From contig OX597831.1 in NCBI GenBank assembly GCA_951406725.2, positions 77,252,001-77,316,000 of the forward strand: 64,000 bases of DNA. The letters run 5' to 3'. This document shows, piece after piece, positions 28,827 through 43,136 of this stretch; position 1 is the first letter of the stretch, and every line of letters begins with the position of its first letter. Both the position numbers and the translations under genes were made by a program. Origin of the DNA: Octopus vulgaris (Eukaryota). The notes under the pieces were generated by a model. That model ran no database searches. It was not told the origin of the DNA and saw only the letters and a list, made by a program, of their open reading frames with translations.

Positions 28827-28924
28827 TGCAAACAGATACGATGTCAAGAATAATGGGCGGACAAGACGGATGGGATGTTTTTACATACATACGTAATTAT
28901 ATATATAAATACATAAATACGTAC

Positions 28925-28991
28925 ATGTATGTATGTATGTATGTATGTATGTATGTATGTATGTATGTATGTATGTATGTATGTATGTATG

Positions 28992-29022
<31 letters not shown>

Positions 29023-29195
29023 GTATGTATGTATGTAAGTATGTATGTATGTATGTATGTATGTATGTATGTATGTATGTATGTATGTATGTATGTGTGT
29101 ATGTGTGTATGTATGTATGTATGTATGTATGTATGTATGTATGTATGTATGTATGTGTGTATGTATGTGTATGTATGTATGTATGTATGTATGGG
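28925..29195. repeat. (TATG)n microsatellite
   Basis: Direct reading. Confidence 0.95.
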
Positions 29196-29503
29196 AGCGT
29201 ATCTGCTTGCATGTCTCTCTCTTTCTCTTTCTTTCCTTGCGTGTATATGTTTGAGTGTTTAATTTGCGGCTATTGTTACTTCACTTATATATATGTATAT
29301 ATATATATGTATATATATATGTATGTATGTATGCATGTATATATGTGTATATATATATATTTATATATATAATGTACTGATCCGTGATAGAAAATCCGAC
29401 AAACAAGTACTCCATCTGGTGAGAGAAATGCTGCCTTCTCAATTTTCTTTTGCGTTTCTTCCATTATTCAATTTTGCTTTTAGTTCGCTATGGTATGTGG
29501 TTT

Positions 29504-29557
29504 GTTCCTGAAGAATATGCTTTAGTATTTCTCAACATATGAAACTATTTGTAGGAC
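29504..29557 (+). ncRNA. Type-I hammerhead ribozyme, intact core
   Basis: guuc-CUGAAGA-auaug...cauau-GAAAC-uauuu-GUA-ggac. Stem I guuc/ggac, stem II auaug/cauau. AATAAA follows, and the element lies between (TA)n tracts. Confidence 0.75.
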
Positions 29558-29714
29558 TTAAATACATGTATTATGCCCTTTAAATAAATAAAATTACATA
29601 TAGCAAATAGATGTGTTACAATACTATTCAACATATACAAAAACAGCCATACCAACAATCCAGCATACCTCCATCATCAGCTGCCCCACGGATATCAATA
29701 TAGTTTCGACACCT

Positions 29715-29819
<105 letters not shown>

Positions 29820-30257
29820 CACACACGCATACATTTGTGTGTGTGTATGTAATGTGGTTGACCAGACTATCGGATGTGTTATATATCGCTGGTCACAATA
29901 TGCTTTGCATTGTCTTAGTTTTCGGATGATGCCCCTCCACTGGTTAGGCAAGCAGGCCAACATCCCTCCTGATTGGAAGGATAGTCCGTTGCAGGGACTC
30001 AATACCATACTTTTGCTTGTCAGTTGTTTGACCTGAACCAGTTGAGCATGTCCCTTTGTGGCAGATCATATCTGATCACGAGCAGGTGTAGTGAGGGAAA
30101 CCTCATAGCCACGTGTTGAGAGGGATTCTTTTGGATTTGAATAATTCACCCTTAGGAACATGGGTGTTTCGTTCGCCATTCTTAAACATCCGTTACTCAG
30201 TGAGCTTTTGAGCAGGATGGGCTACTCGACCTGCAGTAAACCCTAAGTCCCACCAGC

Positions 30258-30515
30258 AATGTCATGTGTGAAGAAACGGAGAAACATTCAAAATACAAAG
30301 ATCTGGAAATAGAAGTTACTAGAATGTGGAGTCTAAAAACAGAAACAATTCCTATCATAGTAGGAGCATTAGGCATGAAAAAAGAATTCAGGCAAATAAC
30401 ACTTTCAATACAATAAAAATAAGAGCACCACAACAAACCATAACACATACCCAAGGTTCACAGAGCTGCACTCGGTAGTGTAGTGAAAGCACTTGATTAA
30501 AATAAGACTACTGAA
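30258..30515 (+). mobile_element. 3' fragment of R4/Dong-type LINE (same family as 49668-51578), internally deleted
   Basis: Encodes EKHSKYKDLEIEVTRMWSLKTETIPIIVGALG. The 3' UTR matches the 49668 copy and ends CTACTG(AAT)n. Confidence 0.85.
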
Positions 30516-30615
30516 TAATAATAACAATAATAATAATAATATTAGTATTAGTATTAGTAATAGTAGTAGTAGTAGTAGTAGTAGTAGCAGTAGTAGTAGT
30601 AGTAGTAGTAGTAGA

Positions 30616-30646
<31 letters not shown>

Positions 30647-30683
30647 TTAGTAGTAGTAGTAGTAGTAGTAGAAGAAGTAGTGG

Positions 30684-30793
<110 letters not shown>

Positions 30794-30794
30794 A

Positions 30795-30990
30795 AATGAA
30801 GATGGCGAAGATAATGCCAATTATTGTTGGGACAGTATTAGAAAGCATCAAGAGGAACACTATGGAGTAAATCGGAATCGGGTGCTCAGAAGAACTGTTG
30901 CAAAAGGTTTGCTTCCTTGGCACGGCTATAGCATGGTACCATAGGCAGCAGGTAGTAAGCTCGCTACGCATGCAGGACTCTAAAGAGTTC
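30795..30990 (+). mobile_element. Older R4/Dong-like 3' fragment
   Basis: Encodes KIMPIIVGTV and ELLQKVCFLGTA, resembling the RLE C-terminus; follows an (ATT)/(AGT)n tract. Confidence 0.5.
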
Positions 30991-31089
30991 CAATACGACC
31001 TGATAGTGATTTCAAATTTTGGCACAAGGCCAGCAATTTCCAGGGAGACAATAAGTTGATTACACCGATGTCAGTGATCACTTGGTACA

Positions 31090-31488
31090 TCTTTATATAT
31101 AAAAGTGAGGTTGTGTGCTGTCTGTCTCCTACGGTTTAGATTCCTAACTACTCCCACATTTTGCGGTGCAGTTTAACCAAAACCGGGTATCTTATAGTCG
31201 TGATTCATATCAAACCCTTCTGGGTATTAGCGCGCGTCTACGATGAGTCTACGATTTAAAAAAAAATTTACCATCATTTTTTTCCATTTTAATGCATTTT
31301 TTCGCTATTATATAAGGGAAGTAACTCTCTAAAATGTCTACGATGAGTCAACGATTTAAAAAAATTTACCATAATTTTTTTTTCCATTTTTAATGCATTT
31401 GTTTGCTACTTTTTGGCTATAACTCTCTAAAAATGCTTATATAGTTATTTCCCTTACAAACCCGAGCAACGCCGGGCGATACTGCTAG
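31090..31488 (+). mobile_element. Non-autonomous Helitron (second family)
   Basis: A|TCTTTATATATAAAAG 5' end; CAAACCCGAGCAACGCCGGGCGATACTGCTAG|T 3' end; internal ~100-bp tandem duplication. Confidence 0.88.
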
Positions 31489-32001
31489 TATTTTATGAAA
31501 AGCAAACTGGACGTTGGTGGTGCTCGAGAACAATAATGAATAGAAAAACAACACAGCTTCTCAGACGTATTATCTTCTTAACGCTATTAAACCAGAAAGC
31601 AACGATGATGACCCAAACGTGTCAACGAGGTTAGTACAATGGCAAGAGAGGGGGAAAAGCTGGGTGTATAGGCGGCGAGATAATGAATTCATTTCTTAAA
31701 ATAAAGATTTCTTGGGTCTCAACTTTCTAGGGCATCGTCGGCTTTGTACTTCCTATTTCAGGTGACAACAGTAGATTCCGCCCTACTTCAGGTGTACATC
31801 AGATACAGTCTCATAAAAAACAAGTGCGCACGCATACACACACACATACACACGCACACACACACACACACATACACACACATATAGATGTACAAACACA
31901 CACGTATATAGATACATATATATATGTATGTATATGCATATATATGTATGCATATATACATATGTATATATATTTATATGTATATATATATGTATATATG
32001 T

Positions 32002-32032
<31 letters not shown>

Positions 32033-32142
32033 TACATACACATACATATATATATGTGTGAACAGCTCTGTGTTTTATGTTTCTATGTGTGTGTGCGCAT
32101 ATATATATATACACACACACACACATATATATACACATATGC

Positions 32143-32180
<38 letters not shown>

Positions 32181-32468
32181 AGCAGGTAAATACACAAATT
32201 CATACACACGAACTCAGAGAGAGAAAGAGAGAGTGAGAGTGAGAGAGAGATATATAAAGAGAGATGAAGAAAGACCTGGTTATATTGATAAAGATGTACT
32301 CTAAATATTCGTAAACAACACAGTAACTCTCTAACCACTGATCACCGCATTGTAATGGACATCTACGCACAAACCACCCACAGTACACTCCTCCACACAC
32401 ACACACACATGTGTATGCACATACAAGATATATATATATATATATGTATATATGCATATATATATATA

Positions 32469-32499
<31 letters not shown>

Positions 32500-32527
32500 C
32501 TGTCTGTCTCTATCTCTCTCTCTCTCT

Positions 32528-32586
<59 letters not shown>

Positions 32587-32594
32587 AGTGTGTA

Positions 32595-32636
<42 letters not shown>

Positions 32637-33311
32637 TATATATATATGTATATATACCTACATATATATATATATATATGTATGTATTTATACCTACATA
32701 TATATATACATATATATATATATATGTATGTACCTCGCTTCGCTGGTCACATATCTCTAACCAAGTTTCCTATTCCTATCGCAGCTGTCAAAATCCTGTC
32801 ATCACACACACACACACACGCGCGCACGCACACACACGCACACACACACACACACTGTCTCTCTCACGCATACACTCACACACACACATTATTTCAAATG
32901 TGCTCATTAAAAATAACGAAACTATATCTAACAACTAATTCGACTGGCCTTCTTCTGTATGTGTGTACGTGAATGTGCGTAAGAGTGCGGTTGTGTATTA
33001 CTGTGTGTGTGTGTGTGTGTGTGTCAAACACAAATATAATATTCACCCAGCTGTAATACAGGTGCAAAATTATTTACCTGTCTCCAATGACCACAACGCC
33101 TTTCATCTTGTCTATGACGACAACAATACCTGCATTCTCGTTCTGCATTCCGTTATTCTTATACCAGGCACGGAGCACGGATTTTGGTGCTTCTTTCTCG
33201 AGACCGAACTTAGTGTACTTAACTAAGGTACTAAACTAACCAACCATTAAATATGAGTAACCTTAGCAAACCTAGCTTAGTTCAGGGAAACCTACCTACG
33301 CATATAGGTGC

Positions 33312-33860
<549 letters not shown>

Positions 33861-34869
33861 AGTTTCTCTGCCAGTCTATCGACTGGCATTCGTTTAGCTA
33901 TATAATAATAAAAAAGAAAAACTGCCTCTTGAATGTTTTTGGTGCTGCTTTGCTATCAAGTGCAGGTCCCTGGGTTCGCATTATCCAGGGTCGTTCTTTT
34001 TCTAAAGCTTGGAATTAAAGGAGATTTGACTGCTATTTCTAGCATGCCGAATGACTAAGTAGATGCTCTCTCGTTTAAACCCTCATATCCTCGGGAATTT
34101 CTCGTCTCAGCATCGTGTCCTCGTATAATCATCTACTTAAGTATTATATTGTCCACATGTCTGTCTCGTTTTAATTTTAGGTTCCACATAGCAGTCACAC
34201 CCGAATTCTTCTGCCCACATACACACACTACACACTCACATACACATATACCACACATACATATACACACTTACAAACATACAAACACCCAAACACGAAT
34301 ACACAAAGACATACGCATCTGTCACAATGTCCTCGTTGCTCTGTGGCGTTGGTGCTTAACCTGGGCAGCAGTATTGCCCTCTTGAAGGTGTTTTAAGATC
34401 ACGAGAGGGCGCAGCGGTGGGGTGTTGAATGTTTAGTTGGGTGCATTCGAGCTGGCAAAATCGTTAGCTCGGTGGAAGAAGTACTTCGTAGCATTTCTTC
34501 GGACGTTCTGTGTTCAAATTCCGCTGAGATCAATTTTGTCTTTCATTCCCTTGGAATCGATAAGATATGTACCAGTTGCATACTAGAGTCAATGCAATCG
34601 ACCAGACCACTTACCCACAAATTTCGGGTTTTGTGCTTAGAGTAGAAGGGACTTCTTATAAATAAAATATTTAAACCGAAAACAATATTCCGATTTAAAA
34701 ACTTAGGATCCATTCAATAGAAAATGGATGTTATTGTTTTACTGTTAAGCTTTGATTTAAAAGGCTTATGAGCAAAACAATCCAGCCATGATCATCGTAT
34801 TTAGACTGCATTATCTAAAGTATCTTTGTTGTTGTTTAACCCCAGGTCAACTCTGCTCCAGTAGACCAA

Positions 34870-35095
34870 TAATTCTTTTCTACTCTAGGCACAAGGCCCA
34901 AAATTTTGGGGGAGAGAGCCAGTCGATTAGATCGACACCAGTACGCGACTGGTACGTTATTTATTGGTTATTTTATCGACCCCGAAAGGGCGAAAGGCAA
35001 AGTCGACCTTGGTGGAATTTGAACTCAGAACGTAAAGACAGACGAAACACGGCTAAGCATTTCGCCCGGTGTGCTCACGTTTCTGCCAGCTCAAC
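34870..35095 (-). mobile_element. SINE family 2 (single unit)
   Basis: GAAAGGCAAAGTCGACC...GAATTTGAACTCAGAACG...TTCTGCCAGCTC. Another copy lies on the plus strand at about 34450-34650. Confidence 0.75.
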
Positions 35096-36321
35096 ACCTT
35101 TTAAAGGTAGACCAATAATTAAAAAAACAATGTCTCTAAAGCTATAATACCTAATATGTCCTTGTTTAATCCAGGTCAACGATTCAACACTAGACCTATG
35201 ATCAAAGACCTTCAAACCGTGAACCTCCCGTCTTTTGTTCAGACTTAGAATATCGACGACTCAAAGGTCTAATACAACATTGTTGTTTACCATCAGTGCA
35301 ACATTGTTCGATCAAATGTATTCCACTCGTGACCGTCACATGTTTTTTCAGGCACAGAATGTGTAAGATGTTATTATCCAATGTCGGCTTCTGCTCTCTT
35401 AGGACTATGGGCTGTAATCTGATGTGGCGACTCTTTCTGATTTTTCTCGTATACAGTCCAGGAATTTGTTGATGTAAAGCCAAACTGAGTCAACACACAG
35501 ACGATGAAGCAAACTCCGCGTCACAGCGGTTCGTAAAAGGGGGGGAGGGCTTGAGTGTAAATCTGCCTACGATTTCATGAAACGGGTCTAAATATTCCGG
35601 GAAGAAAGAGGACTAGACCTCTTAAAGCAATGGCTGAAATAGTTGAGGAGAGTCCCACCAGGATTTGGTGAATGTGAAATGAAGGTGAACTTTAGAGGGC
35701 ATAACCTATGCCTACGGTAAACAAGTGTCTTGGATCGAAGTGGTTGTGACCTCAAAGGTACAATGGTATTAGGTTATCTTGACCATCTAGGAAAGTGCTG
35801 ATTGCAAGAACAGGCGACAGCACAGACTGTTGCAACAGAGAGGTATCCTGAAGTCATCCCCTTGATGCAGACCAACGCCCATGCAGTGTAAAGAGGTGAA
35901 GGCCGAAACAATTGCAAGACAGGGGCTCCTCCGAAAACCTTCTCCTGTTCAGCTCTCCCTAAAGTTTCTTACAATCTGAAGAAGGAAATAAATTTTGTCA
36001 AATTACACTAATTACTCATTTAATCAGAGAAGAGATTAAACAACGTAACAATGGCGAATCAATAAAGAAAGGGAATTCATAAAGAAATATCGGTCGAAAT
36101 TAAGTGCGTTGTAAACGAGATACATGTTTGCAAAAAACCTCTGAGCAGTGGAGGTGAAGAGGTCAGCAAAAAACATAAGGGTATGTCAATAAATGAAAGC
36201 AGAGGGCAAAACTGTCGTATTATCTTACATAGGTTGCTCAATGGTCCTATAATATTTCGGGAAAAATTTTCTACATATGTAAATAGGAAATATATATTTA
36301 TATATGTATGCACCTGATGTA

Positions 36322-36363
<42 letters not shown>

Positions 36364-36430
36364 TGTGTGTGTACAACAATACACGTGCTGCTCTTGATGA
36401 TTTTTACCTTCTTTGGACTTCTCTGATTTC

Positions 36431-36465
36431 CTTTCCGAGGAAGAGCTATGCTCGAAACGTCAAAG
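36431..36465 (+). ncRNA. Minimal hammerhead motif of family B (one core substitution)
   Basis: cuuu-CCGAGGA-a-gagc uau gcuc-GAAAC-GUC-aaag. Palindromic minimal stem III (ACGU), typical of Penelope-associated hammerheads. Confidence 0.65.
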
Positions 36466-36569
36466 ACTCTCTCTTTTTACCGAGCGTCAAACTAATGTAT
36501 TAATTGTGTACGTCATCTTGTTGTTTGTTATTCTTTTTTTTAATGTTCGATATATTTGATTCGACTATC

Positions 36570-36619
<50 letters not shown>

Positions 36620-36647
36620 TACATGCATACATACATACATACATACA

Positions 36648-36735
<88 letters not shown>

Positions 36736-37053
36736 TGGAACGAAAACATAATAGAGAGCATAAAAACGTTCAGACAGATAGACAACACAAAGGGGGACAG
36801 GAGAAACAATAATTAGAAGAACAGGCAAAAAAGATGATGGGTCATTCTTGACTTTCTTTCATCAGTCACGTACCAAAACTCACGACCATTTCAGACAGTT
36901 AAACTTGAGATGGTTCGATCTGGTTGCCCTTCCCTAAAAATCTAAGCTAAGAGCATTAGACCCCTTTGTAAGAAAATTAGCGAATGTGTACAACAAAGAC
37001 GAAAAAAGTAAACAAAGAAAAATGGAATGTATATATATGTATAAATGTATATC

Positions 37054-37139
<86 letters not shown>

Positions 37140-37352
37140 GGATAGACGCAAGTCAAATGGGCTCCACGTAAGTTGGTAGTTTTCTACGTTTAAAATTGTT
37201 GATCGTCAAACATTTTATGTCTAAAAAGGTGTACAGCAACACCCAACACATACTTTCATTAACATTCACACAAAATTTCGCCCTTTGTGGGCAAAATTTT
37301 AAAAAATTCTCAAAGGCTTCGTGGTTTATTCTAGCCATTTTTATTTTCAAAA

Positions 37353-39305
37353 ATGGCTACTTGTCACCACGAGGCCAAAGCGCAAGTCGAGCGTGGCGGC
37401 GAAACAAAAGAGCAAGATTCTCTGCAACTAAACACTAAACCTGACAGGTTGAACGCCACTAACACCACCACCACCATCAGCATCAACAACAGCAACAACT
37501 ACAAAACCAGGCCGTCCACCGTCACCGCCACCAATGATTCCACCATCAACACCGACACCCTCCTTGACAACGCTTTCGACGTTGATTTCCCAATTCTTTT
37601 CTCACCGCAATTTCATGAAGGAGGGGAAATGGGGAAAAACAACACGAACACAAATGTGAGCATGAACGCTAACATCGCGACCTCCACTCAAAAACTGGTA
37701 AACAACCCGACTACTACTACTACGAACGACTCTGCCACAAACATCACCACCAGCACCACGACCACCACCTCCACAAGAAACAAGACGAATTTCGCGGAAG
37801 CAGCATGACCGAAAAGAAGAATCCTAAAATTTACCCACCAACAAATACAAGACACAAAGTCCTTGCTCACCAAAGAAGGCGACACAATGCATTTAAATAT
37901 TCCACGAAACATTATTGAAGAGACACAAAAGAAGAACATCATCTACAAAATACTCAACACCAAAACAAAAAGACTAGAGAGCCCACCTACAGAAAAGATT
38001 GAGAAGTGCCTCTCTTCCGTGTGAAAATTCCGAGATTATGTAAATTGGGGAACCAAATTTGCTACCGTACAAGTTCGCTTCCATACGGAAGAACTAGCAA
38101 AAAAGTTTTCAACGCTTACTCTGCGCACAGACCTGGTAACAATGGTACCTAGCTACCTTGGGCGCAGAGTAACGAAAGTAACTATAAACAATGTGCCTCC
38201 AGTAGTGGATACCCAGTGGATGGTATCGGCCATCTGCGTCGATATAGAAGAAGCAGATACTTTAGAAATAGCTGACATTCCAGAGGAAAGTTGGACTGGT
38301 AATAAGCTCGAAATATTGCTTCAAATCTCCCAAGAAGCAATAAACAATTTACCAACCAGTGTTCAACTGGCAAAAGACCAAAAATTGTATGTAGTGGTGG
38401 AGGGCAGGAGGCCAAGATGCTATTTGTGCAACAGTGAGGCACACCTTAAACATGAGTGCCCAACTGCTGTCAGAAATAGGCAACACCAACAGCAACCACT
38501 CCCAAAACCTGGAAGAAAACCCCTGCTACCCACACCACTTTCAGCCCAAAAGACAGGAAAAACAGCGGACGACACAAAAACTGCTTCCCCTTCACCAACC
38601 ACATCACCAAGAAGAGAATTACCTTCGACATCGCAACCAACAAGAGAAACATCACCACCAACATCAAAAGACAGACCAACTCCAACACCAGCACCAAGAA
38701 CAACAACCAAGGAAACAAATAACAATGGCAAAAAAACAAGTTCTGCCCCTAATACCCCAACAACACAAACACCACACAAAACAACAACACCTTCTACAAA
38801 CACACATATAGATGCAAACGCTTTGCCTTTACCCCATTCCGATTCATCAGACGTTTCGTCTAATGATGAAAGTTCGAGGGAGTGGCAAATAGCTACCGGG
38901 GGTAAAAGAAAAAGATAAAAAACAAACAAACAAGAAAATGCAACCAAAGCAAGGAGATATCTGAACCCTGAAAGCTCCATACACAACCAAACCAGCACCA
39001 ACACCACAAAAACACACACAACGCTATCAGTGATAGACACCAAAGACTCAAAACTAATGGAGTACATCACAGCCCACACAAACATCTGTGAAGATGACTT
39101 CAAAACTAACAACCATCCACGCACTACACCACCCAAACACTTCAAAATACTCCACATCACATAAACACAACACCACACACTCAAAGCCCTCTTTCCAAAT
39201 GCGGTTGGAGGGTTCCAAAAGTATCTTTCAAAAAAACTATATAAAAACCTCCTCCCAGACACACCAAAGGACGAGGAAGCCAAAACTTTCGACACAGTTA
39301 AGTAA
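37353..39305 (+). pseudogene. Tx1-like ORF1 (nucleic-acid-binding, zinc knuckle) with in-frame stops
   Basis: ORFs 37353-37808 and 38142-38918 share a frame, which reads on through a few stops to about 39305. Motifs VTINNVPP and VVVEGRRPRCYLCNSEAHLKHEC (CX2CX4HX4C). Confidence 0.8.
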
Positions 39306-39356
39306 CTCTCTGTACTTTCCCTTTTGTGTTTTAAAGCACACACCCCAATAGAATCA

Positions 39357-42300
39357 TAGTCAAGATTGGCTGTGGGAATGCGCGTGGCTTGGGATCTCCT
39401 TGGAAACAATAGTACCTCCTAAATGACATCAAGTCACACGATTTGGGAATCATAGCCATAAGTGAGACCAGACTCCACGAGCCACGCGCCCTAAAGTCCA
39501 TGTTTGGCGGACAGTTTAAAATTTATTTTTCTCCCTGTCTGCCGAGGATGGGCGGTAGTGGCACCGCGGTACTTTTTCACAAGAGCCTGGATCTCGAAGT
39601 CAAGACGATATTCATAGACCCGGAGGGTAGACTGGTCGTCCTGGATGTCGACGGCAGCCTGGGTGCGCTTTTCGACTCGTATCAGTCTACGCACCACCTT
39701 TAACAGGTCGGCCGGATTTCTTTCGACGTCTAGAAGTATTCCTGGGAACGTCTCGTCCTTTACTTTTAGTGGGGGATTGGAATGCTACCCTGGACACGCA
39801 TCTAGACTATGTGGGGAGAGACAAAAACAGAAGGGGATGCAAATGCCTCAGAGACCTGCTCAGACGATTGCAACTGTCTGACAGGTACCGACTCGACCAC
39901 CCAAATGCACCAACGTGGACATGGAGCAACCACAGTGGGTCGTCGAGATCGTATCTAGATAGGATACTGTGTAGGACAGTAGACAGGGATAACTTAGGAT
40001 GTCCACAATTCCATACAGTCAGCTACACGGATCACAAATTCGTAACGTGTACGCTAGACTTAGATAAGGCACATAGACAGGGTCCCGGTTACTGGAAACT
40101 AAACGAATCTTTCCCGTCCAGACAGGTTTTCAGAGACAGAATCAACACGTCAGTAAAGAGGGCTTTAACGGGAGCCATCATCAACAACAAATGGTGGTTC
40201 GCCCTCAAGAGAGCAGTAAAAGCGGAAGCTATTAGATATAGCAAGGCACTAGCCGTAGATAGACATAGAGTAGAGAGTGAATTAGTTAAGAAGTTAGAAG
40301 AGGCAATAAGAAGCGGCATCACATCCGACGTTTTAGGGGCGAAGTTGGCCCTCGACCAACGAAGGGTGTGCTGTCAGGGCTAGGATGCGTGCTCTAAGGA
40401 ACGAAGGTGTTGGAGCTGCGAGAGAGGCCCGGGTGGCGGAGGCGCAGCAGGGCAACAAAGCCACAATTCGGTTTCTGGTAGATGAACAAGGGTGCGAATT
40501 GCTCGAGCCCAGCAAGATGTGCGAGGCATTTCAGCGGCACTTTGCCCGACTGTACGGGACGAGTGGCGAGCGTGAACGCAGTGTGGACTTCAGTGCCTAC
40601 CTACATAGCCTGCCATGACTCTCGGCAAGAGAGGCAGAGTGCTGCGAATGTACCATCACGGCGGCGGATGTGCAGGACGCGATGGCAGAATGCTCGAGAG
40701 ATAAATCGCCGGGTTTGGATGGTCTACCCTACGAGTTTTACAATTGTATGCCAGACTTGTTTGGAGACGTCTTGGCAGCGGTATACTGCAACTGGCAGCA
40801 AACCGGGAGCATACCCGGTTTTCTAGTCGTGGAGCCGTAACGCTGCTGAAGAAAGATCCACACAAGAGGGACATTATGGATAACTTTAGGCCCATCACTC
40901 TGCTCAATGCAGACCTGAAAATTTTGGCCAAGGTGTTAGCCAAGAGGTTGGCACTTGTCATCGAGAAACTGGTCGACAAGGCGCAAACGTGCGCCGTGAT
41001 GGCCGGAGCATCCATGACAACCTCCATCTGATGCGCTACATCATAGACAGAGTAGTTAACGAACCTGGCATGGCTGGGGCCCTGATCAATTTGGATCAAT
41101 CGAAAGCTTTCGATAGGGTAGACCATCGATACTTGGAGGCAGTCCTGAGAGCGGCTGGTTTCGGTCACATATTCTGCGGCTGGATGGCTGCCTTGTACAG
41201 AGGTATCCGTTCGGTAATTCGCGTGAATGGACATCTATCGAGACCTTTCGACATCGCACGTTCGGTCCGTCAGGGATGCCCCCTCTCGTCGCTTCTATAC
41301 GTATTGACTCTCGAGCCACTACTGCAGAAACTGGCGACTCTGAGGGGCATTGGGATGCGGGACGAGCGTGTCTGCATACGCGGACGACGTCACCGTCATA
41401 GTGTCTAGCCACGAGCACATCGAGCTGGACGGCTAGACACTGAAAGACTACGAAGCGGTGACGGGAGCGAAAATCAACTGGGAAAAGTTAGTGGGCTTGC
41501 GACTAGGCACCTGGAGAAGCAAGCCCATGCCGTCCACCAGTACCTCCGTCGTGGGACGCTAGACGGATGGCCCGGTTGAGTTGCTTGGGGTCTGGTTCGG
41601 TCCGGACCTCCAAATGAAGAACTGGAACGAGATAACGAGTAGGGTGGTCACCCTCGCCCGGCAATGGGCCTAGAGGAAACTGTCTCTAAAAGGTCGGGCG
41701 GAGGTGGCGAACACGTACATCGCGTCCATCATCTACTACCGCCTGACCGTCGTACCTTGTGTCGACCCTACCATCACCAAACTAGAACGCATTCTCTTCC
41801 GCTTCTTGTGGAAAGGATGCGTCGCGATCCATTTGCTGTCAACACCAGTTAAAAGGAGGGCTGGGTATGCCGTGGTTGATGATGCGCAGACACGCGCTGA
41901 GTCTGCGACATCTCAGGCTCTTTGTAGACGACGGTGAACAGGTGTGGTCGCCGTTTGTAAGGCACGCTTTCCCGCAGCTCGTCTCCATGACAGAACTGCA
42001 GTCGTGGATCAAAAAGAGGCCGAGGAAGAGTGAATGGCACCGCGAGTGTCGCGTTGCTCTCAAGCAACTATGCCGTCCCGGGTCGACCTTGAGTGACTTC
42101 AACACCACCCAAGCATTCTATAGGGGATTAGTGGAGGGGAGGTACGACGACGATCTTGGGGCGAACCTCGGCGTCGACGAGGAATACCTGACCCGCCTGT
42201 TCGGGACGACTTTCGGGCAGGGACCTATGGACAACTTCCAGAGATCCCTGGTCTGGCAGTGTTACCGAGAAGCGCTACCCGTTCGGGATAAGCTCTATAG

Positions 42301-42750
42301 GCATGGCTCGAGAAAAAGACGGGGCCGACCTGCCCGAGATGCGGGCAGAGCGACGAGACCGTTCTGCACGCAATCGTGCAGGGTCCAACAATCTCCGACC
42401 TGTGGGCTTATGTCGAACAACTGCTGTCACGTGTGGGACGTGTCAGTTTATCAGCCGAGTCTATCGTTAATATCGTCACGCCTCCTTCCTTCAAACTGGA
42501 AGGAAGAGCTATTTTTATCATACTTGTGGCTATGGAGAAAGAATGTATCTGGTGGATGCGCCTGAAAGGATTAGAGACAAACACTTTCCTGTCTGGTCAA
42601 TCTGTCATCAACTTCTTCAAGTATCACTTGAAGAGGAAAGTGAGAGTAGAGAGGCAAGTTTTGTCTAGCGAATGTTTTAAAAAAAGATGGATGAATGTAG
42701 CAAGGATGGCACGTATGAATGACGAAGCCACCTTGAATATGATCCTATGA
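39357..42750 (+). pseudogene. Tx1-like ORF2 (AP endonuclease, reverse transcriptase, zinc motif), frameshifted
   Basis: GNARGL, ISETRL, GRLVVLD, GDWNA, SYLDRI, TDHK, GYWKLN (APE); KSPGLDGLPYEFY, NFRPITLLNADLKILAKVLA, LDQSKAFDRVDH, VRQGCPLS, AYADDV (RT); RKLSLKGR, GGLGMP, W..YREALPV. Confidence 0.92.
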
Positions 42751-43084
42751 ACCGTAAAATTTAATACAGAGAGTTGCTTATTTGTAAAGAAATGTGACTT
42801 CATTGGCCGAGGTTACCGTGGTCTTTTCCGTAGGCTTTACTTTCCAAGCGTAAACCTCACCTGTCCTCCCCTTTACACTTTATATTGACATTTCTGTGAT
42901 AACGATCCCTATTGATCGATTTTTTCTTTTTCCTTTTATTTTTACCCCCCACCCCACCCCTGATTTTTTGCCTTCCTCTTTCTTTCCTTTTACGGTCCCT
43001 TTTGATCGAAAACCAAAAGAAAAAGGAAAGCTCTATCTTGTAATTTGTCCCGTCTGTGTGCAGCCCTGTGTGGCTAATAAAGGA

Positions 43085-43136
<52 letters not shown>

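Larger units (their letters stand above)
37140..43085 (+). mobile_element. Full-length decayed Tx1/L1-clade non-LTR retrotransposon
   Basis: ORF1 with a CCHC knuckle, ORF2 with APE, RT and a C-terminal zinc motif, and a pyrimidine-rich 3' UTR ending GGCTAATAAAGGA. (TCTA)n abuts both ends. Confidence 0.92.

Noticed and set aside
38420-39409. 329-aa minus-strand ORF
   Set aside because: Antisense shadow of the A/C-rich Tx1 ORF1; no recognisable motifs.
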